DNA from: Ramazzottius varieornatus
Lineage: Eukaryota > Animalia > Tardigrada
Reading direction: 5' to 3'
NCBI GenBank assembly: GCA_001949185.1
Contig: BDGG01000034.1
Span: 1-13,793 of the forward strand
DNA length: 13,793 nt
Under the pieces are notes generated by a model that was given only the letters and a program-made list of their open reading frames with translations, had not been told where the DNA came from and ran no database searches. Shown piece after piece: positions 1 to 8,128 of this stretch (the stretch's first letter is position 1; every line of letters starts with the position of its first letter). A program made the translations under genes and the position numbers.

Positions 1-12
1 GTGTTTGCGAAG

Positions 13-3000
13 GCGGGAGATTGGAAGAAGAGCGAGGCTACGTGCAGGAGATTCACGGTTCAGAAGTGGGCGCGACACCGTTGGTCATCCTACAGACACC
101 GACGGCCAACGCATCGTCCGTCCTGACGGCGGAAGCTCTGTTGCTCCATCTGAAGATTGCCCTTCTAGCCACGGAAGTGGAAGTTGAAATCTTCAAGAAC
201 ACATGGACACTGCGCGACATCTGCCACAAAGCGGCCTTTCCTACCTTCGACGAACGCATCAGCGGAACTTTCAGCGACGTAAGCTAAGACGGCATCTTCT
301 CATGGAAAGAATGCTCTGATTGCATAACGCAATGCTTTCCTCTAGGCACTGGAACATTTGTATCCCTGCAGTATAATATCGCCGCTGGACTGCTTCTGGG
401 AAGGCGCCAAACTACTCGGACCGCCCAATGCCGTTCTGATACCGTAAGACCGAATCGTTCTTCTTTCCAGACTGCTCCACAAACGGCAAAAAGTGAACAA
501 TGCGGGTGAAAGCCGCCATTTTGCTTTGACGGTGTACTTTCGACTGGGTGGAACGAAAAGGTCGTAATTTACATTACAATGTGGAATAGGGCGTCGACAA
601 GAAGTGGCCACAATGGATGGTCTGTGGGAAGCGAAGAGTGGTCAAAGACAGACCAACAGGGAAGGTTGTTACACATTTGCATAATGGCCACTTCTTTCCT
701 TTACTTTTGTGCTGGTCACTGTGGCCAGTGGCCACCTGTTGCTTATTGTTGAAATATTGCAACCGTGGTTGTTCTAATGGCTTCTCATTAGCCCAGCTCG
801 CCCATTGATGCTCGGCCATTACACAAGCGCTGACAATTTCAAGGATTGCTAATATGGACCAATTACTAGAAGACGGTGGCGCTTTCTAGAAAAAACGTCT
901 GGGTTGTGTGGATACCCAACAGAAGGCAGTACAAGACCTTTCCGATGAGGAGATTTCATAATTTCATCTCGAGTAGTAAGAAATGAAGATGGCCTGATCC
1001 GGAGAACACTACACCCGCGTAACTCGGCAGTCCTAAAAGCCCGCTTAGAATGATTTGCTAACTAAGGTCAGTTTCTCCTTTAATCGTACTGATCAAGCAA
1101 TCAAAGTTGCCACCACAGTTTTTATACTGTTAGCAAGATCTGAAGTTGATCTATCCAGCGAGCGGGACGACGACTGCAACGAGTCAGAAACAAATATAGC
1201 ACAGAATTTCAAAGTCCATCCAACTCCAAACTGTGTAGCTACAAGACTATTCCTCTCGTACATTACAACCAACGGTAGGGATTTGTGCATCCGAGTACTT
1301 GACGTTAGTTATAATTTGACAGGGGTTATACCGAGCGAGTGACGTGGGCCAGTCTCCATCCCCAAAAGTTGGTTGCCACCTTGAAGCAGATGCAAAATGT
1401 CAGCTTTGCCGACAGTGCGGAAGGCGCACTGGAAGAGGCCTACTTCGACGCTCAACCCTTTATTACCTTCCTCCACAAGGTGAGACTGGTCAATTGTAGG
1501 CTTTGCGAGAGCTGCCTTACAAAAAGCTCTGTTGTTCTTCGCAGGCCGGGATTGACAGTGGCTACATGGAGAAGCCATGTCTCGAGCCCGACAACGTTGA
1601 GTGTCCCGACACAGCGCCCAACAAACTGACAAAACAGCTGCCCGATGTCGCTGAAGTCTTATCGGGTGGGTGTGTCGGTATCAGCAGGAAGTTTATGCGC
1701 TGGAATGAGGAACTGCTGCTGGGACAAGTCCAGCGGAATAAGGCGCACAAACTTACAGTGTAGGTCTTTTTACGGTGAAAGAAACTGCTACTTCCCTCCA
1801 GGCTTACTTCCCCTCCGCATTGCGAGGTGGACATTGCTATACGGAAGGAAATTTCGTCTTTTTTGTTCTACAGTGCCTCCGCCATGCAGACCATCTTTCA
1901 CATCAGCGGTGCAAGAACGTTGTATGGCCACTGGAAGGACGAACTGAAGACCCACGAGATCGACTGGAGCGAAGAAGCTGCCGCTGAAGTCATCGGCGCA
2001 TGGCAAGCCAAGTATTCTGCGCAGGTTGAGATCCTCTTGAACCCATCGGGCAATGGTACGGCCGACAGTCCAGTAATGGTTTACTACGAGGAAAGTCTTC
2101 ATCGGATACTGAACGACTTGTCCCAGTTCGGCCTTGTCCGTATCGCCATGGGATATTCGCTTGTGGTACCGCACTCTTTGTCTCTCTTCCCCCTTTTCGT
2201 TTGAGTATCATACGCACGTGCTGTCATTCGTAGGTGCTTTACTTGCTGTTTTCCATCAAGCGCTGGTCGGAGGCGGTGAGCTCCTTCGCAGGCGTGGCGG
2301 TTGCCGGTCTGCTGCTGGCCAGTCTGGCCGTGGCAGCTGGCCTCAGTCTTTGTATCCTCTGCAAGATCCCTCTCAACGCCTTGAGCTCGCAGATCGTTCC
2401 CTTCTTGGCACTGAGCTTGTCGCTTCATCACATTGTCAGAATGGTCAAGACCTTGGCCACTCTCTCTACAAAGGAACTCCAAAACGAGGTAAGCTTACCC
2501 TCACTTTTCAGCCAAAGCCGAAAAACAAATCTCTCTTTTTGATGATAGAATTACTGTGCCGAGTCACTGAAGAGGAATGGACTGTACATTGTGCTTTCGA
2601 CCGTCTGTGCCAGCGCGTCCTTCTTCGTGGCCTTCATGGTACCCATACCCGCCCTCCGCTCCTTCTCCTTACAGGTAAAGGGCTGAAGAAAGGTTAAAGT
2701 TTCCCTTCCGAGAGGCCTTTCGTTGTAGCAGCTGACCACAAGAAGATTTTCTAGATGGGAATTTTGGCCGCTCTGACATTGCCCATTATGCTGTTGCTGC
2801 TTCCTGCCGTCATCGAGCTCGATCAACGGCGCCGTTGCGCTGGTCGTTTCGACATCTTGTGCTGCTTTGGTCGGGCCAAAGATAATATCACTCAAGTGAA
2901 ATATTCCAGCCCAAGCAAGATGACGACAGTCAACGGTCCCTTTAGCCGACGCAGCCACACTCGTTCTTCCGGCCGAAGCGTGACTTGTCCTAAGCGCGGT

Positions 3001-5279
3001 CGCCGTGGCTGCAACTCATGTCCTCTTGGGACGGTGAGCGTCTCCGCTCTCGGACCACTGGACAAGCGACTGCTGCAGTCGGGCATGCTTCCACGCGGCA
3101 TCAGCCACAACTTGTCGGCCTCCACCGATTCCATCTTGCGGGTCGACCCTCCGTCCTGCTGTTCTGACCTGGAAAGCTCTTGCCAGAGAATCAGTCTGTC
3201 CGAATGGCTGACCAAGCAATACCTCTGCGCCATCACCTCTTCATTCCTCAAGCTGGTGGTGGCTTTGAGCTTTCTTCTCTTGATGGGCTCTTCGGCCTGG
3301 GGTATTGCGCGGATTGAAGAAGGGCTGAGCTTGAAAGAGTTTGTGCCCAAGGACACAAGAGAGCAGCGCTACTTGCATGTCAGTGAAAAGAGCTTTGGCT
3401 GGTACAGCTTCCAGGCAGTGACCAAAGGCGGCTTCGAGTACCCATACCACCAACAGCTGCTCCATGACTATCACCGAGCCTTCCAAAGTGTGGCAAATAT
3501 CGTGCGGGATGGAAATGGGAATCTTCCTCCTTACTGGCTTGCTCGGATGCGTGACTGGCTCATGGGTATATTTGTCATCTAGCCTTTATTTTCCATCTAA
3601 CAGGGACGAACTGCAAGGCAACAGTACTGTACCGTCTTGTTGCAGAACTCGATGCGACGCTGAGAAAAGAGCTGCCTAACCATCGCAATTTCAACATTCA
3701 GACGTGGACCGTCAACGCATCGGACGATGCCATCCTGGCCTTCAAACTGCGAGCTTTGCAAACCGGAAAGGATGATCACGATATCGAGGAGGTAATTTCA
3801 CCGCCAGCACCACATATAGTGTGCTGTGGCCCTTTATGTTGTCGGCTAGGCTGATTGCAAGACCTTTGTGATTGCAGGTTGGGGCTGTTCGCTTGGTGGA
3901 CAGCAAAGGCATCATCAACCCCAAGTCCTTCTATTTCTACCTGAGTGCCTGGGTGGGCAACGACCAGCTGGCTTATGACGCCTGCCAAGCCATGCTTCAC
4001 CCCGAACCCAAAAGGTGGACTTTCGACCGGCCCAAAGACCTCAACTTTGTCCTGCCGCGCTCCCTCCCTCTGGACTATGCCCAGTTCCCCTTTGATCTCC
4101 ACCAGCTGCGGGACAGCGCCGACATCATTGGTGTCGTCAAAGAGATTCGCGCCATCTCCGACCAATTCAGCACCGTCAGGAAGCTGCCCAACTTCCCCAG
4201 CGGAAGCATCTTCCTCTACTGGGAACAGTACTTTAAGCTGACCTTCAACCTTCTGACGGCCCTCTCTACCCTTCTCGTCAGCTTCTTCTTTGTCATATGG
4301 ATTGTATCAGCCAGTTTGTGGTCGGCTATGGTCATGGTAGGCGCCCTTTGTCCGCTATTCGCTTCTATCCCCTTTAAAGACCTTCTTCCTTGTTTACAGA
4401 CATTGATGATGGCTGTGTCTGTCATGCAGATGGCAGGACTGATCGGCTGGCTGGGTATCAAGATGAACGCCATCTTGGCCGTTATCCTCATCTTCTCGAC
4501 GGGCTTGGCCAACCTCTTTTCCATGCAGATGGGACTGTCCTTTGTCACCTTTGTCGGAAGTCGTAATCGGAGGACTCAGTGTGCTCTCTTTGGTGGTGTG
4601 TGGCCCATCCTTCATGGCAGCGTTGCATGTCTGCTTGGCCTCTCCATGCTGGCTTTTACCCGCTTTGACTTTGTCTTCCAGTAAGTCATATGCCCTGTGC
4701 CTCATCGATGGACATGTCTGTAATTGGCCTCCTACTTTCTAGGTACTGTTTCCTGATTCTGACGGGCATCATTTCACTGTCAGTCCTCAACAGCCTCGTC
4801 TTCTTGCCGGTCTTACTATCCCTTGTTGGGCCTTTGCCTGATGTAAGAATGAGTTTCCTGCGCCTGGACTCTTTCGGTATGACTTTTTCATCTGTCAACT
4901 GTCTATCGGTATATTGCAGTTCATTGCCAATGACGATGCTGACGAGGTGCCGGTTCTGACACCCGAGCCAGCAGCGTACATGTCGCAGCGAAGCGCCGCC
5001 TACCGCGTCTCCCTGTCGACCATCAGTGAGGAAGACGCCATCTCCTGCCAACAAGTCTTCCTCGAGCCTCACATCATCCTGGAGACGACAACGACCACTC
5101 AGCCTAGCTCCAACAATCTATCACCCAGCGGCACCATAGCCAACAGTGAGGGCTCCTCCTTCAACGGCAATAGCACATCGACCAAGACGGTCGTCTCAGC
5201 CCGCGCACAACTCATGGTCGAAGTACATCGGCCTGCAACTTCAAGGAACTCAAACTTCCAAAATCAAACAGTTGGCTGA
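13..5279 (+). CDS. ptc: Patched (Hedgehog receptor, RND/sterol-sensing-domain 12-TM protein), 5' end outside the window; 13 exons, ~1187 aa visible
   Basis: Exons ~13-278, 346-443, 1323-1479, 1545-1759, 1874-2165, 2234-2488, 2549-2674, 2755-3565, 3646-3791, 3878-4336, 4400-4680, 4743-4842, 4920-5279. All internal junctions are GT-AG and phases join into one frame. Patched motifs: [144 protein letters not shown], and arthropod-like tail motifs SLSTISEE and [11 protein letters not shown]. The acceptor of the first visible exon (AG at 11-12) is uncertain. Confidence 0.96.
4746..5263 (+). repeat. Left arm of a long inverted repeat (partner 13276-13793)
   Basis: Base-by-base comparison with the reverse complement of 13276-13793 shows no mismatch over 518 bp. 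The outer limit is set only by the window end, so the true arm is probably longer. Confidence 0.97.
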
Positions 5280-8062
5280 TGTAGATTACAGGTCGGTCTG
5301 AGGAAATTTCCTGGTAAAACGAAACTTGTTTGCCCTGTTGCTTAAGGTGGTCGTGTAATTGGTAGATATAACACATCCACTGAGTATGCCCTTAAGGTTC
5401 GGATATTTTTATTCGGTCTGCAAAAACCATTGTCAGAACCCGCACCTTATCCCGCTGGCTGGGTCGGTTCTTTTCGATATAAACTCATCACGACCATCCC
5501 TGTAGATATCTCGCAGTCCGAACAGTTCAACCACTTGTCCTCTACTTCTTTACCAAGCGACAAAAGCCGCATGGAGGCTCAAGATGGTTAGTTGTTCCCG
5601 GCTTTTGATCGAGACGGTGGAGGGATAAAATTATACGGAATCTTTGAGTAAACATCGGAAGGTCAGAAAGTGCCGCATGATTGACGGTTGGTCATTCTTG
5701 TCAGATTGCGGGTGGCCATAAATCATATCGGCTTTCCGCTTCGAATCTATGGATCAGATTGCTACCTGTATTCTACCCAGTGGAACTTATATGGCTTTCT
5801 CCTCACACGCACTCCCTCACCTCATTAAAAGCCGGCTAACAAGCATTCCAAATATTTTCTTAAAGCATCTCATAGCACGCTCAATTGACACGTTCACACA
5901 ACTACACGCGTAAAACGATTGACCACAGGACGAAAAGCCTATTCTTCCAACACGCGTGTTTTCATTGCTTCCACCCAGGCGCCATCGCTGACATTTGGGT
6001 TTGCACACAGGCTCTGGATTTTGTGCTTTCTTTCTACACCAATAATTCTTCGGCAGGTACCCGTACCACTTTCCGAGTGGATCAGACCAGCAGTCGCCGA
6101 ATGTAACGAAACAAAAAGCTCGGGCTTGAAACAAGGAACGCTAGATCTCGTTGGTCTTAATCACAGGTTCAGAGGACAAGGATGAGAAGCGAGGTAACAT
6201 GACACGCACAGTACAAATTTCCCGCTGTGATGAACTCGTTCTATCATAAACAATCGTCTTCTGAATCTTCTTTTGGACTTGCAATGCCGCCCCAGAGGCA
6301 AGGAAGTATCCACTGATGAAAGGCACTTTACCTGTTTTCTCTATGGATTGACAAGAGCTCGGCTGGATTTCATCCTTGCGAAACCTTACGGATGACACAT
6401 GAATAGACAGAGGATCGGAGGCTGTGGTCAGGTGTGGCTGGAGGACGGTATTGGAGTGATTAGAATACTATTAATACAACAGGCAAGTGTGTCAAAGGCT
6501 CTCACAGCTTGGGGAACGTGTTAATGGGCAGATCTCACAGAGACGCTCTGCTGTGAGTTTACCGATTGTGTTTGACTTGGACTACTCTGCGCAATTAGCC
6601 CAGGGAAGAAGATAAGCAAGGCCGTGTTTGCTCTATCGCCAATCTTTTTATACGCTGGCCACAAAAGAATTATCACTGCCAATTTCCCCCTGTAGGGTCG
6701 TTCCCGTATGACAAGCGGGACCATGGTCCTCTTCCGCCCGCGCAGTCGCACACCTTGAAGGCAGAATGATGGCCAATTCAACCCAGGAATTTTCATCTTG
6801 TAAGTTGGCTTATTAAATCCATCACGGGAACAATCGAAGCGCCAGCATCTGCTGCATGCTGTCTTCTGTCCATCTCTTTACACAAGGGATGATGTCCCGC
6901 TTGGTCTCCTGTCTGTCTTTTCACAAAATGAAACTGGCTTTTAATGAAAGTGTGTTTCTGTACAGGACCATCTGCAAGAGTGAAATTTCCTGTTGTGCCA
7001 CATTATGTCAGATGAGATAGCAGACGTCGTTCGTCGACGGTGTCCTATACATCAGTCCTCGCCGAGGATATTGCGGCATGTGCCACACTTTCCAATCGAC
7101 CCACCGGTAACATATCATCAAGCAAGTTTAATCAAACTTTAAGTGCGCCCTAAAGACAGAGACTTCTGTCAAAACTTTCAACTTTAGCACAGCAGGACAA
7201 CACAAATTACCCACTTGTCGGTAGTATTTAACAATCATTTTAAAGCTGGGTGGCGGACACGCGTGGTCAAACTCAAGACGGCGCGGACATCCTCCCTATA
7301 GTTTCCTACGATCGCGTACCAGGAAGTGGACAGTAAAAACTTTTCCGATGTGAAAATTCTCTAAAAAGATGTCGCCTTGGACAATCACAGCGTCTCTAAT
7401 CCCGTCCTGTTTTTTCTTCTTGTTTGAGACTATCCGATTCTTGAGGCTAAAAGAAGACAATACTATCTGTTTTCACGGTTGGGTAGTTCTGATTGGGTAT
7501 GGCCAATTTTCGGTGGTCAACGCCTTCGGGAAAGTCCTCATCCTACTCGGTTACGCGTTAGATGTTCGAGTAGGATCAGCGCATATGCCGCCCACACACC
7601 ATGCGGCGGACAATGGCTCGCTGCAGTAGGACCAGCTCGTAGGAGTAGGCCTGTTTGGCCAAGGGGCGGGCTTTGGACCGCTTGCCCTGTTCCGCCTTTG
7701 TGTGTGGGCCAGTTGGTGCAGCAGCGATACGGATCATTCAGTTCTCTTGATGGCGATATCCCATGCAGATTAGTCGCGTTAAATCTTTCCACTTCATTAC
7801 GCATCTTCGCCTTTCGAATAATTTCGGCATTGTTCTGGATCTGCCTTCTCAATTAGGGTAACCCTCCATTAAATCTATTACCCGTTTGATATCCTGGACG
7901 GTGTGCCGAACTGAGCCAGTCAACGCATATCATGCAAGGTGGAATTCCAGGAATTTGTTGGGGAATTTACCGATAAGGAGGAAAGACCACTTGTTGTTGT
8001 TCCATCGTTTTCTTCTTCTACGTACCCTCAACATGTGGCCGCAGATCCTGGCCATCCAGAGA

Positions 8063-8128
8063 ATGAATATCTTCCATGTTCTGCTCTTGTTTGTCTCGAT
8101 GATGCGCTTTGTAACCAGCTGTGACAGC
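8063..8128 (+). other. Predicted Hedgehog signal peptide (MNIFHVLLLFVSMMRFVTSCDS)
   Basis: 22-residue hydrophobic stretch directly before CGPGR (Cys codon 8129-8131), the established mature, palmitoylated N-terminus of Hedgehog proteins. Confidence 0.8.

Noticed and set aside
53-5072. Numerous antisense and alternate-frame ORFs overlapping patched exons
   Set aside because: Shadow ORFs of GC-rich coding sequence with no independent protein features.
6534-6557. Small hairpin CTCACAG-N10-CTGTGAG
   Set aside because: A 7-bp stem is expected by chance and has no supporting context.
5280-8032. Short ORFs (73-125 aa) between ptc and hh as an extra gene
   Set aside because: No recognisable motifs and no consistent exon chain found by eye. 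A small or non-coding gene cannot be excluded without RNA data.
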